Part shown: positions 23,445 through 36,896 of the stretch, in pieces | Layout: each line of letters begins with the position of its first letter | How positions within the stretch are numbered: position 1 is the stretch's first letter | Origin: Macrostomum lignano | Taxonomy: Eukaryota | Assembly: GCA_002269645.1 (NCBI GenBank) | Contig: NIVC01000219.1 | Span: 348,262-412,261 of the forward strand | Length of the DNA stretch: 64,000 bases | Direction of reading: 5' to 3' | Program-made: the position numbers and the translations under genes | The notes under the pieces: generated by a model | Seen by the model: only the letters and a program-made list of their open reading frames with translations | Databases searched by the model: none | Told to the model about the DNA's origin: nothing

Positions 23445-26400
23445 GTGTCTCTGTCTGTCTGTCTGTCTGTGTGTGTCTGTCTGTCTGTCTGCCTGTCTGT
23501 CTGTCTGTCTGTCTGTCTGTCTGCCTGTCTGTCTTGTCCTCTGCTTGTGCTTTTTTCTATTTACCATATTAAATCTGCACTTCTTGTTCGAGTCAATAGA
23601 TCATTAATAAAGTACACTGAGTCTACCATCCGCCCTCATCTCTCAGAGGCTACCGTCCAGTGCAGCTGGCCAGCAGCTCCACCCTGCTCAGTCCATCCTG
23701 GCTGAACGACATCGCCGAGCCGTCAACGCCCACCGCCGCTGGCGCCATCAGCGCCGCAGATTCGCCGGAACCTTCGCCCAGGGCGACTCCGGCTCCGTTG
23801 GAGACAGCACCGGGTGCCGAACCCGCTGGCACCGAGGATGAGGCGCCTGCCGAGCAGCAGCAAGTGCTGGACGAATCCGATTCAGTGCCCGACGATGGCG
23901 GCAAAATCAGAACGGAATCTGCCGTCTCGGACGATGGCGCTGCCAGTCAGCTTGTTGATCAGCGACCGCCTGAGGCGCAAACTGAAGCTCTGAGACAGGC
24001 GTACGATGATCACCTCAGAGATCTGGTGCGGCAGGAGGCCAGTAAGCTGCAGGTGAGTCTGGGTACTTCTCTGTCAGTGCCCTCCCAGATCCTCAGTTGC
24101 TGGACCAACAGCCTCCCAGATCCTCAGTTGCTGGGCCAGCCTCCCAGATCCTCAGTCGCTGGGCCAGCCTCCCAGATCCTCAGTTGCTGGGCCACCAGCC
24201 TCCCAGATCCTCAGTTGCTGGACCAACAGCCTCCCAGATCCTCAGTTGCTGGGCCAGCCTCCCAGATCCTCAGTTGCTGGGCCAGCCTCCTAGATCCTCA
24301 GTTGCTGGGCCAGCAGCCTCCCAGATCCTCAGTTGCAGGGCCAACAGCCTCCCAGATCCTCAGTTGCTGGACCAGCCTCCCAGAGTGTCAGTTGCTGGGC
24401 TACCAGCCTCCCAGATCCTCAGTTGCTGGACCAACAGCAACAGCCTCCCAGATCCTCAGTTGCTGGGCCAGCCTCCCAGATCCTCAGTTGCTGGGCCAGC
24501 TTCCCAGATCCTCAGTTGCTGGGCCAGCTTCCCAGATCCTCAGTTGCTGGGCCAGCCTCCCAGATCCTCAGTTGCTGGGCCACCAGCCTCCCAGATCCTC
24601 AGTTGCTGGCCACCAGCCTCCCAGATCCTCAGTTGCTGGCCACCAGCCTCCCAGATCCTCAGTTGCTCGGCCACCAGCCTCCCAGATCCTCAGTTGCTAG
24701 GCCAGCTTCCCAGATATTCAATCCTCTGTTTTAAGGTGGGTGATTGTTAAAATGTTATAAACAAACTTTATCCATAAAATTATCTCAGGTGTCCCTCAGC
24801 TGGTCTGATGTCATCTGCGACTTAGCGAACCGGGTGGCCCAGCAACTGCCTCGCAACCAAAATCCGCTCGACAGTCTGCGAGTGAAGCTGGCCAGCAGCG
24901 GCCGCAAGACGGACAGTTTCGCATTCGCCGGGCTGGTGTTCGCTAAGAATGTGCTGAGGAAAGGCATGCCAACGGAGCGGGGGCCTGGGGCCGCGGTGTT
25001 GCTGCTGGCGTGCTCGTTGGAGTTTGAACGCAACGAGAATAAGTTGACCTGCTTGGAACCGCAGATGATGCAGGTAACAATCTCTCAATTGTTATAAATG
25101 TATCTGGAATTTAATGGGATTTCTATTTCTATAATGATGGGATTTCTATTTTCTAGAAATATCTTCCTCTGTGAAGTCTAATTCTGTGGTCATTCTAGAG
25201 AATATTATACTTAAATATGACCATTTTCCCAAAAGAAATATCGACTCAGATGAGATCTCTGTAAGCTTTCTAAGAAATATCCACTCAGATGGGATCTCTG
25301 TAAGCTTTCTAAGAAATATCCACTCAGATGGGATCTCTGTAAGCTTTCTTGGAAATATCCACTCAAATGGATTTCTGTAAGCTTTCTAAGAAATATCGAC
25401 TCAGATGGATCTCTATAAGCTTTCTTAGAAATATCCACTCGGATAGGATCTCTGTAAGCTTTCTTAGAAATGTCCATCCGGATGGGATCTCTGTAAGCTT
25501 TCTTAGAAATATCCATTCAGATGGGATTTCTGTAAGCTTTCTAAGAAATATCTACCAAGATAGGACCTCTGTAAGTTTTCTTAGAAATATCCACTCAAAT
25601 GGGATCTCTGTAAGCTTTCTTAGAAATGTCCACTCAGATGGGATCTCTAACATTTCTAAGAAATGTTCGCCTAGATCTCTGATATTTGCAATATTGATGC
25701 AATCATTCACTAGTCAGATCCCCACCCCGGTCACCGCAGGAGACGCAATACCTGCGCCGTTGCGTAGATCGCATCGCAGAATTCAAGCCCCAAATAGTAA
25801 TGATTGAGCGCAGCGTGGCTCTCACAGCTCAGGAGTTCCTGTCCGATTTAGGCGTCAGTCTATTCGCGAATGTTAAACCATCAGTAATGCATCGAGTTGG
25901 TCAGCTGTGCGGCGCTAAGATACTGGACTCGGTTGATCGTCTGACGGACCGATCTCAACTGGGCTGCTGCGGCTCAATGTCTGTCAAGCTGTTGAGCATG
26001 GGCCAGGGATTGTTGAGCAGGCCGTGCGTGTTTCTGAGCTCTGTTGGTCCGTCAGCTTATCAATCTGTAGTGCTTTACGGTAGGCGCCTGGCTCAGCTCA
26101 AGCGGGTCAAGGCTGCCGTTATAACCGCTGTGTACTGCAGATACGCTGTGCGTATGGAATTGGCCTACGCATTGGATTGTAAATTAAGACCGCCACAGGG
26201 TATGCTCATGATGCTGCTAGATGAGGACGAGGAGCGAGTCAATGAGGAGCAAGAAAAGGATCAGCCACCTGAGGATAATTCACAGCGCGAGTGAGTTTTG
26301 CTTTGTGATTTTTGAAATACCTTCATTGTAATTTCACCTGAAGGTTCAGGATACCAGGTAGTGGCTTTACCTGAAGGTTCAGGATATCAGGTAGTGGCTT

Positions 26401-29400
26401 TGCCTGAATGTTCAGTGTATCAGGTAGTGGCTTTACCTGAATGTTCAGGGTATCAGGTAGTGGCTTTGCCTGAATGTTCAGGGTATCAGGTAGTGGCTTT
26501 ACCTGAAGGTTCAGGGTATCAGGTAGTGGCTTTACCTGAAGGTTCAGGGTATCAGGTAGTGGATTTGCCTGAAGGTTCAGGGTATCAGGTAGTGGCTTTG
26601 CCTGAATGTTCAGGGTATCAGGTAGTGGCTTTGCCTGAATGTTCAGGGTATCAGGTAGTGGCTTTACCTGAAGGTTCAGGGTATCAGGTAGTGGCTTTAC
26701 CTGAAGGTTCAGGGTATCAGGTAGTGGATTTGCCTGAAGGTTCAGGGTATCAGGTATTGGCTTTGCCCGAATGTTCAGGGTATCAGGTAGTGGATTTGCC
26801 TGAAGGTTCGGGATATCAGGTAGTGGCTTTACCTGAAGGTTCGGGATATCAGGTAGTGGCTTTGCCTGAATGTTCAGGGTATCAGGTAGTGGCTTTACCT
26901 GAATGTTCAGAATATCAGGTAGAGGCGATTCCTGAAGCTTCAGGTCCAGGATATCAGGTATAGAGGCGATTCCTGAAGCTTCAGGTCCAGGATATCAGGT
27001 ATAGAGGCGATTCCTGAAGCTTCAGGTCCAGGATATCAGGTATAGAGGCGATTCCTGAAGCTTCAGGTCCAGGATATCAGGTATAGAGGCGATTCCTGAA
27101 GCTTCAGGTCCAGGATATCAGGTATAGAGGCGATTCCTGAAGCTTCAGGTCCAGGATATCAGGTATAGAGGCGATTCCTGAAGCTTCAGGTCCAGGATAT
27201 CAGGTATAGAGGCGATTCCTGAAGCTTCAGGTCCAGGATATCAGGTATAGAGGCGATTCCTGAAGCTTCAGGTCCAGGATATCAGGTATAGAGGCGATTC
27301 CTGAAGCTTCAGGTCCAGGATATCAGGTATAGAGGCGATTCCTGAAGCTTCAGGTCCAGGATATCAGGTATAGAGGCGATTTCTGAAGGTTCAGAATATC
27401 AGGTAGAGGCGATTGCTAAAGCTTCAGGATATCAGGTACAGGCAATTTTTCGCTAACGAAATTTCCTATTGAAAACAAATTTGCCAGTTCTTCAGTCAAT
27501 CAATCCGTCGTAACCATGGAAACGGATGCAGACGTTTCCACAGTATCCGGTCCAGAGGATGACGCCAGGCAGTCTGAATCCGTTCGGCTTCGTGCACCGG
27601 CTGCCGATTCTCAAGCATCCGCGGGGTCGTCCGCCATCCTCCGGCATCACTCTGTCCCCGTGATGGACTCGTCCGATCCTCTGCAGCAGCAGCCTGCGGA
27701 CGAGCTCTACGAAGCTGTTGTGTCTCTGCTCGACGGGGGGTGAGTGAAAATTCTGCTCGGAAATTTCTATCAAGCACTGAAGTGCCTAGGTTCGATTCCA
27801 TTGGTGTCAAGTGAAGTGGCACCTCCTCTCAAATGAAGTGGCTCCCCTCTCAAATGAAGTGGCACCCCCTCTCAAATGAAGTGGCTCCCCTCTCAAATGA
27901 AGTGGCGTCCCTCTCAAATGAAGTGGCTCCCCTCTCAAATGAAGTGGCTCCCCTCTCAAATGAAGTGGCTCCCCTCTCAAATGAAGTGGCACCCCCTCTC
28001 AAATGAAGTGGCGTCCCTCTCAAATGAAGTGGCTCCCCTCTCAAATGAAGTGGCGTCCCTCTCAAATGAAGTGGCTCCCCTCTCAAATGAAGTGGCTCCC
28101 CTCTCAAATGAAGTGGCTCCCCTCTCAAATGAAGTGGCACCCCCTCTCAAATGAAGTGGCTCCCCCTCTCAAATGAAGTGGCGTCCCTCTCAAATGAAGT
28201 GGCACCTCCTCTCAAATGAAGTGGCACCTCCTCTCAAATGAAGTGGCGTCCCTCTCAAATGAAGTGGCGTCCCTCTCAAATGAAGTGGCGTCCCTCTCAA
28301 ATGAAGTGGCGTCCCTCTCAAATGAAGTGGCGTCCCTCTCAAATGAAGTGGCGCCCCTCTCAAATGAAGTGGCTCCCCCTCTCAAATGAAGTGGCACCTC
28401 CTCTCAAATGAAGTGGCGTCCCTCTCAAATGAAGTGGCTCCCCTCTCAAATGAAGTGGCACCTCCTCTCAAATGAAGTGGCGTCCCTCTCAAATGAAGTG
28501 GCACCTCCTCTCAAATGAAGTGGCGTCCCTCTCAAATGAAATAGCGCCCCCTCAAAAAATGGCGCCCCTCTCAAATGAAATGGCGCCCCTCTGAAATGAA
28601 ATAGCGCCCCCTCAAAAAATGGCGCCCCTCTCAAATGAAATGGCGCCCCTCTGAAATGAAATAGCGCCCCTTCAAAAAATGGCGCCCCTCTCAAATGAAA
28701 TGGCGCCCCCTCAAAAAATGGCGCCCCTCTCAAATGAAATGGCGCCCCTCTTAAATGAAGTGGCGCCCCTCTTAAATAAAATGACGCCCCTTGAGAAAAA
28801 TGACGCCCCTCTCAAATGAAATAGCGCCCCCTCAAAAAATGGCGCCCCTCTCAAATGAAATGGCGCCCCTCTGAAATGAAATAGCGCCCCTTCAAAAAAT
28901 GGCGCCCCTCTCAAATGAAATAGCGCCCCCTCAAAAAATGGCGCCCCTCTCAAATGAAGTGGCGCCCCTCTTAAATGAAATGGCGCCCCTCTCAAATGAA
29001 ATAGCGCCCCCTCAAAAAATGGCGCCCCTCTCAAATGAAATGGCGCCCCTCTGAAATGAAATAGCGCCCCTTCAAAAAATGGCGCCCCTCTCAAATGAAA
29101 TGGCGCCCGCTTCATAAAAATGGCGCCCCTCTCAAATGAAATGGCGCCCCTCTTAAATGAAATAGCGCCCCCTCAAAAAATGGCGCCCCTCTCAAATAAA
29201 ATGGCGCCCCTCTGAAATGAAATAGCGCCCCTTCAAAAAATGGCGCCCCTCTCAAATGAAATGGCGCCCCCTCAAAAAATGGCGCCCCTCTCAAATGAAA
29301 TGGCGCCCCTCTTAAATGAAATAGCGCCCCCTCAAAAAATGGCGCCCCTCTCAAATGAAATGGCGCCCCTCTGAAATGAAATAGCGCCCCTTCAAAAAAT

Positions 29401-30256
29401 GGCGCCCCTCTCAAATGAAATGGCGCCCGCTTCATAAAAATGGCGCCCCTCTCAAATGAAATGGCGCCCCTCTTAAATGAAATAGCGCCCCTTCAAAAAA
29501 TATGGCGCCCCTCTCGAATGAAATAGCCCCTGCTTCTCCAATCCCTCTGCACCATCTACTTACGTAAGTAGTATCATAAGCTATTTCCTGTCTCTGTCTG
29601 CATGGCTACGCCAACTCCCAACTGCAGAGACGCCACCACCGCCGCAGAGGCAGCGACCGCAGGCGCCAAAGAATCCGCAGCGGCCGTTCGATCCTCCGCC
29701 GCCGTCTCCACCGACGATTTCCGTCGCCAACTGGCCGCCAGCATTCTGTCGCCGTCTCCGTTTGTCCGCCTGGCCGAGCCGCACCTGGAGACCCCGGCTG
29801 GTCGATCCGGTTGCCTAGCAACCCATCTGCGTCGTCGCCTATCCCCGCCCGAAGACTCCTCGGCTCTGGGCAGATTTGTCGTAGCCGAATCTGAGCGCTA
29901 CGCCTCGCAGATGTCAGCTCGGATGCGCGACTGTCCGCCGTGCCTGGCTCTGCACTCGTTTCAGTCTCAACCGATCCGGACCGCCTTCCAGTCCATGGAG
30001 TTTCGCGATTCGCTGGCCGACTACCGGCGCTCGGATTTGACTTTGATCAGCTGCGGCAGCAGCAGCAGCGGTAATAATAATAAGGATAGCCAACAGCAGC
30101 AGCAGAAGTCGCAGGTGCAGCCGCCCATTGACATGTTTAATTTGCTGCTGCATCAGCGACTCGGCTTCTTGTTGTGCGCCTATGCGCCTGGGGCGCCGAA
30201 CTTTCCCAGGCCTTGCCGAGACCCGCAGCTGCGGACGGTGAGCTGGAAAATGGGAC

Positions 30257-30293
<37 letters not shown>

Positions 30294-30339
30294 GCCTGCC
30301 TGCCTGTCTGCCTCCCTGTCTGTCTGTTTGTCTGCCTGC

Positions 30340-30413
<74 letters not shown>

Positions 30414-30486
30414 GCTTGTCTGTCTGTCTGCTTGTCTGTCTGTCTGTCTGTCTGTCTGCTTGTCTGTCTGTCTGTCTGTCTGTCTG

Positions 30487-30545
<59 letters not shown>

Positions 30546-33500
30546 GATTGTCTGTCTGTCTGCCCGTCTGTTGTCTGTGTGTCTGTCTGTCTGTCTGTCT
30601 GCTTGTCTGTCTCTCTATCTGTCTGTCTGTTTTCTGGTCCTATGGTCCTAGTCTGTATATCTGTCTGTTTTGTCGATGTATCTATTTTTATGGTTAAATG
30701 ATTGAACGTCACACAATATCCCGCTTAATCAATCAGGTTGACATGTACGGCAGAGGCGACGTGAGATTATCGGACTTTCTGGAAGTTTTCTGCTTCCAAG
30801 CGGATCGAATGTAAGTTATCACACCCATTTACGGCACTCCTACCGTCACTCTGTCAGTCACAAAGTCACTCCGCTTTGTCAATACAAAACTGTCGCTTTA
30901 CCTAATGTCACTCCTACTATCACTTTCACTTTCACTCCCACTATTAATATCACTGTCACTCCTACAGTCCTACTATCACTCTCACTGTCACTCCCACTAT
31001 CACACTCACTATCACTCCCACGTCCCACTATCACACTCACTGTCACTCCTACTATCACACTCTGTCACTCCTACTATCACTCATACTGTCACTCCTATCA
31101 CACTCACTGTCACTCCTACTATTACTCACTATCACTCCTACTACCACTCACTATCACTCCTACTGTCACTCCTATCACTCTCACTGTCACTCCTACTATC
31201 ACTCTCACTGTCATTCCTACTTTCACTTTCACTTCCACTATTAGTATCACTGTCACTCCTACAGTCCTACTATCACTCTCACTGTCAATCACACTATCAC
31301 ACTCACTGTCACTCCTTTCACTCTGTCACTCATACTATCACTCACTGTCACTCCTACTATCACTCTCACTGTCACTCATACTATCACACTCACTGTCACT
31401 CCTACTATCACTCACTGTCACTCCTACTATCACACTCACTGTCACTCCTACTATTACTCACTATCACTCCTACTGTCACTCCTATCACTCTCACTGTCAC
31501 TCCTACTATCACTCATACTGTCACTCCTATCACTCACCGTCACTCCTACTATCACTCCCACTGCCACTGTCACTCCTACTGTCACTCCGCCTGTCAATCG
31601 CCAGATGCAATGAGGTGTCGCACGTGCGCAGCCCGGACCGTCAGGCCGGTCACCTGCTGTGCCACCTGCCCCTAGCGGAGCACACCCGCCGATTCGTAGC
31701 GGAATCTGGCTTCGTCACACTTGTGATTCGGCCTAGCAAAGCTGCTACTGACGGCCTGCCCTCGTTGGATCAGAATACAATCTTTGTTCGGTCTTGGTGC
31801 AGACGATGTCGACCGCAACAACATCATCAGCAGCAGCAGCAGCAGCAGCAGACATCGCAGACTGAACCCCAGCTGACTCCACTCTCAGAAGACGCCAAAG
31901 CGTTGAGTTTCGCTCAATTTCTCAGATTGCACTTTAGCGAGCACCGACTGTCGACTTCCGCTTGTCGGCATTCTATGCACGCCGAGCATGTTCAATATTT
32001 TTACAAGGCCGGTCTAGTGGCCTGTTTCGAGTACACTCCTGTCTGTTTGAGATCGATTGTGATGCCTACTACTGCTATTGTTGTGCCGCTGGACATTACT
32101 AGGCAATTGTTGGAGTCTCAGGTGAGTTTCAACCCTTTTGTAAGTCTTTTCTTAATCCTGAAATGTTACATTACATCTAAGAGTGTTCTAACTGGCTGAG
32201 TTCTTACGAGTTCATAGCTATATCTTTCACAGATATTTCATTATCTCATCTATTCTCACCCCATTCTAAGCTTCTCTTAATCTGAATCAATTATCACCCT
32301 ATTCTCAGCCTCTCGTCATCTATTCTCAGCCCATTCCCAGCCTCTCGTCATCTATTCTCACCCTATTCTCAGCCTCTCGTTTATCACCCTCTCGCCATCT
32401 CTTCTCACCCTCTCGCAATCCATTTTCTCCATCTAATCTAATCTAGTCTAGCCCATCCATTTTATTTACTTAGCATCTAAAAAGTCAGTCAAAACATATC
32501 CGTATTCAAGCCAATCTCATCTCATCCATCTCAGGTGAGCCGCCTCACCACAAGCGGCTACCGCCTGCTAGCGGACATCCAATCAATATACGTGACTCAT
32601 GCCTATGCTCAGAAGGACACAGTTAGCCGCCTGAACTCCATTCACTCCGGCTGCAACGCCGAGCTCAGAGCATTCTTCGATGTTGACAGGCTGACTGCCG
32701 GACCAGAAGCTGCTGCGGTGGCCTTTTCTCGCAAAGCTGTGCTGTTCAAACAGTGGCTGACAGCCCTGATCGATCGGTGGCAAGGCCTGCTGCAGGAGGC
32801 TCTCATGGTTGAGTCCTCTGCAACTGTGCCTGCTCAGCCAGCTGCTGCTCCGGCTCCGGCTGCTGCACCTTCTGCATCTGCTGGGACAGCATCAACAGCC
32901 GCCTCGGGGACTGCGGCGCCAGTTCCTGCTGCTGCACCCGAGTCTGGCGTGACGCCGCCAGCGCAGTCTGCTGGCGCTGAATCACTGGAGCAACAGCAGC
33001 AGCAGCAGCAGATGCAGCGCAAATCAAGTAGAAGTGTTCTGGCTAAACGGCCGGCTTCTTCTCATGTCCCTGCTGTTCAGGTTAGCTGGCTGTTTGTTTG
33101 TCTGTTAGGGATTTGGGAGTTTTTTCAGCTTATCTGAAGGACTTTCGAGGAAAATTATGGCCCAGCGACTGAGGATCTGGGAGGCTGGCCCAGCAACTGG
33201 GGATCTGGGAGGCTGGCCCAGCAACTGGGGATCTGGGAGGCTGGCCCAGCAACTGGGGATCTGGGAGGCTGGCCCAGCAACTGAGGATCTGGGAGGCTGG
33301 CCCAGCAACTGGGGATCTGGGAGGCTGGCCCAGCAACTGGGGATCTGGGAGGCTGGTGGCCCAGCAACTGGGGATCTGGGAGGCTGGTGGCCCAGCAACT
33401 GGGGATCTGGGAGGCTGGCCCAGCAACTGAGGATCTGGGAGGCTGGCCCAGCAACTGGGGATCTGGGAGGCTGGCAGCCCAGCAACTGGGGATCTGGGAG

Positions 33501-36500
33501 GCTGGTGGCCCAGCAACTGGGGATCTGGGAGGCTGGTGGCCCAGCAACTGGGGATCTGGGAGGCTGGCCCAGCAACTGAGGATCTGGGAGGCTGGTGGCC
33601 CAGCAACTGGGGATCTGGGAGGCTGGTGGCCCAGCAACTGGGGATCTGGGAGGCTGGCCAAGCAACAGGATCTGGGAGGCTGGCGGTTGCCTAGCAACCG
33701 AGGATTAGGTACACCAGCTAAGATGAATCTACAAAGACCCCATCTCCGCGCAGGTGTCTATACCCCGGCCAGACATTCTGCCCAACACGGAGACCTACTT
33801 TGTGCCTCCCATGGTCAGTCAGCCAGTCTGCGTGTACGCCAATGACCCCAGTTCAATCATTGCATTCGCCCTGAGCTCGCTTAAGCATCAGGACTTTGTG
33901 CGGCACTCCTGCCTTAATCTGTCTGGTGAGGTGCCTTCTGCTGCTGCTGGTGCGTCGGCGGCCAGTCACAGCAGGGTGCCGTCTGACCAGGCTGGAGGTG
34001 GGGCCTGCGGCACCGGATCGCCACCTGATGTGCCCACTGACCACGTGAGTATGAGAGTAGACTATAGAAGATATTATAAATAGATGAAGATTTCTATAGA
34101 CAATTGTATGTGCGAGACTAGATGATTGGAGTGAGATTGTAGGTGTGAGACTAGATGATTAGAGTGAGATTGTAGGTGTGAGACTAGATGATTAGTGTGA
34201 GATTGTACTGCGAGACCAGATGATTAAAGTGAGATTGTAGGTGTGAGACTAGATGATTAGAGTGAGATTGTAGGTGTGAGACTAGATGATTAGAGTGAGA
34301 TTGTAGGTTTGAGACTAGATGATTAGAGTGAGATTGTAGGTGTGAGACTAGAGGATTATAGTGAGATTGTAGGTGTGAGACTAGATGATTAGAGTGAGAT
34401 TCCGTGCGTCAGACTAGATGTTAGATATATTGTGAGAATAAATATTAGAGTAAATAAGAACGAGTTCATCAATGGTGACTGCCAACGCCCCCATCGCAGG
34501 TAAAGTACAACCCAGCTCAGCGCGCGATCAAGATCGGCAATCACGCAGCCTCAGTGCTGGATGGCAACTCAATTGAGCAGTCGCTGACCTCCCGCCCCAG
34601 TTCCGCCAGCTTAGCCGGCGGTCACAAAAAGGACATTGTAGAAATCGAATTCATTGGCGGCGATTTGAAAATTTTCTGTCGAGTTTATCACGCCTGCAAG
34701 TTTCACGCCCTCAGGCGGGACATCCTGCCGCAGGGCGAGGCGGCGTTTCTTCACTCCATCAGCCGGTCCGCAGTCTGGGCCACCACTGGAGGCAAGTCTC
34801 GGGCCAGTTTCTATAAAACTGCCGATGATCGATTTGTATTGAAACGCGTGTCCGAGTTCGAATCCGATTCTCTAGACGTGATGACGCCGCACTATTGTCA
34901 ATACGTTCAGAAGCGGGCTCGGTCTGGCCTGCCCTGCTGCCTGGCTAAGATTGTTGGCATGTTCTTTTTGGCTTATAGCAACCCCAAGTGCATCGGATTG
35001 CAGCTGAAAGGCACCTACGTGCTGATGGAGAATCTGCTCTATAACTGTCGGATTGATCGAGTTTTCGACTTAAAAGGCTCGGAGAGGAATCGGTGAGAAT
35101 ATCATTATCAGCATTTCAATTTGGGGATATTTCTGTGCATTATCAGCATTTCAATTTGGGGATATTTCTGTGCATTATCAACATCCCAATTTGGGGATAT
35201 TTCTGTGCATTATCAGCATCCCAATTTGGGGATATTCTGTGCATTATCAGCATCCCAATTTGGGGATATTTCTGTGCATTATCAGCATCCTAATTTGGGG
35301 ATAGTTCTGTGCATTATCAGCATCCCAATTTGGGGATATTTCTGTGCATTATCAGCATCCCAATTGGGGATATTTTTGTGCATTACCAGCATCCCAATTT
35401 GGGGATATTTCTGTGCATTACCAGCATCCCAATTTGGTTATATTTCTGTGCATTACCAGCATCTCAATTTGGGGATATTTCTGTGTATTATCAGTCTCCC
35501 AATTTGGGGATATTTCTGTGCATTATCAGCATCCCAATTTGGGGATATTTCTGTACATTATAAGCATTCTAATTTTGGGATATTTCTGTGCATTATCAGC
35601 ATCCCAATTTGGGGATATTTCTGTGCATTATCAGCATCATAATTTGGGGATATTTCTGTGCATTATCAGCATCCCAATTTGGGATATTTCTGTGCATTAT
35701 CAGCATCCCAAATTGGGGATATTTCTGTGCATTATCAGCATTCTAATTTGGGGATTTTTCTGTACAATATAAGCATCCCAATTTGGGGATATTCTGTGCA
35801 TTATCAGCATCCTAATTTGGGGATATTTCTGTGCATTATCAGCATCCCAATTTGGGGATATTTCTGTGCATTATCAGCATTCTAATTTGGGGATATGTCT
35901 GTACAATATAAGCATCCCAATTTGGGGATATTTCTGTGCATTATCAGCATCCCAAATTGGGGATATTTCTGTGCATTATCAGCATTCTAATTTGGGGATA
36001 TTTCTGTACAATATAAGCATCCCAATTAGGGGATATTTCTGTGCATTATCAGCATCCCAATTTGGGGATATTTCTGTGCATTTTGGGCATCCCAATTTGG
36101 GGATATTTCTGTGCACTATCAGCATCCCAATTTGGGGATATTTCTGTGCACTATCAGCATCCCAAATTGGGGATATTTCTGTGCATTATCAGCATCCCAA
36201 TTTGGGGATATTTCTGTGCATTACCAGCATCCCAATTTGGGGATATTTCTGTGTATTATCAGTCTCCCAATTTGGGGATATTTCTGTGCATTATCAGCAT
36301 CCCAAATTGGGGATATTTCTGTGCATTATCAGCATCCCAATTTGGGGATATTTCTGTGCATTACCAGCATCCCAATTTGGGGATATTTAGGGATCCTCCA
36401 TCAATCAGCAGCTTCCCCATTCTAGGAGCTATTACTGTCAGGGGATACTACTGAACATCCCTAACTGAAATCCCCCAACGCACTCGGCAGGCACCTCACC

Positions 36501-36896
36501 GACGATGGCCAGACGGTGCTGCTGGACCAAAACTTTGCCGACGTGTCCCTGGAGGAGCCGCTGTTTGTCCGGCGTCCCGAATGGCTGGTGCTGCAGCGGG
36601 CCCTGCTGTGCGACACCAACTTTCTGCGACAGCACAACATCATGGATTACTCGCTAATCCTTGGCCTAGCCGATGATCAAGTGATCTGCGGCATTGTGGA
36701 CTACATTCGCGACTTTACCATTGATAAAATGGTGGAATACCTGTGGAAGAAAATTCAAAGCGAGCAGTTGCCAACTGTGATTAATCCTCAGCTGTATCAG
36801 GAGCGCTTTCTAGCCGCAATGAGTGTCAACTTTATACCTGTGCCGGGTCATTGGGACACTTTTAACCTGTACGAGTGCAATTATGACGATGAGTGA
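21373..36896 (+). CDS. PIKFYVE: 1-phosphatidylinositol 3-phosphate 5-kinase (PIKfyve/Fab1), about 1900 aa, 13 exons
   Basis: Phase-consistent exons 21373-22155, 22777-23165, 23647-24052, 24789-25073, 25740-26290, 27488-27739, 29628-30237, 30737-30810, 31605-32121, 32535-33080, 33754-34044, 34500-35092, 36491-36896 (5703 nt). [35 protein letters not shown]; DEP ([11 protein letters not shown]); Cpn60/TCP1-like ([29 protein letters not shown]); PIP kinase ([70 protein letters not shown]). Confidence 0.97.
22210..22735. repeat. 27-bp minisatellite, PIKfyve intron 1
   Basis: Unit AAAGAATCGCCCTTCACCAACCTCAGT. Confidence 0.95.
23330..23535. repeat. (TCTG)n microsatellite, PIKfyve intron 2
   Basis: Direct inspection. 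Confidence 0.95.
24078..24715 (+). repeat. About 25-31-bp minisatellite, PIKfyve intron 3
   Basis: Unit CAGCCTCCCAGATCCTCAGTTGCTGGGC with variants. Reverse complement of the intron 10 array. Confidence 0.95.
25225..25670. repeat. 39-bp minisatellite, PIKfyve intron 4
   Basis: Unit TTTCTAAGAAATATCCACTCAGATGGGATCTCTGTAAGC. Confidence 0.95.
26335..27440. repeat. Compound minisatellite (33-bp then 41-bp derivative), PIKfyve intron 5
   Basis: CCTGAAGGTTCAGGGTATCAGGTAGTGGCTTTA to about 26920, then GAGGCGATTCCTGAAGCTTCAGGTCCAGGATATCAGGTATA. Confidence 0.95.
27810..29520. repeat. 21-bp minisatellite with higher-order variants, PIKfyve intron 6
   Basis: CTCTCAAATGAAGTGGC(T/G)(C/T)CC, switching at about 28535 to a mix with CTCAAAAAATGGCGCCC. 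Confidence 0.95.
30255..30640. repeat. (TCTG)n microsatellite, PIKfyve intron 7
   Basis: Direct inspection. Confidence 0.95.
30905..31590. repeat. Degenerate (CACT/CCTACTAT/TGTCACT) minisatellite, PIKfyve intron 8
   Basis: Repeating CACTCCTACTATCACTCTCACTGT-like units. Confidence 0.9.
33158..33700 (-). repeat. Minisatellite in PIKfyve intron 10, inverted copy of the intron 3 family
   Basis: Plus-strand unit GCCCAGCAACTGGGGATCTGGGAGGCTG = reverse complement of CAGCCTCCCAGATCCCCAGTTGCTGGGC. Confidence 0.95.
34110..34420. repeat. 33-bp minisatellite, PIKfyve intron 11
   Basis: Unit GAGACTAGATGATTAGAGTGAGATTGTAGGTGT. Confidence 0.95.
35100..36390. repeat. 35-bp minisatellite, PIKfyve intron 12
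   Basis: Unit CAGCATCCCAATTTGGGGATATTTCTGTGCATTAT. Confidence 0.95.

Noticed and set aside
27496-27500. Acceptor at 27495 for PIKfyve exon 6
   Set aside because: Phase mismatch with exon 5; the AG at 27486-27487 gives the correct frame.
27789-27799. Perfect B box GGTTCGATTCC in PIKfyve intron 6, and B-box-like strings at about 40145 and 57193
   Set aside because: No A box or cloverleaf at 27789; the other two lie in protein-coding frames. No tRNA gene is supported.
36442-36490. Alternative acceptor for the last PIKfyve exon at 36441
   Set aside because: It gives an immediate stop (RGYY*); the acceptor at 36490 restores [21 protein letters not shown].
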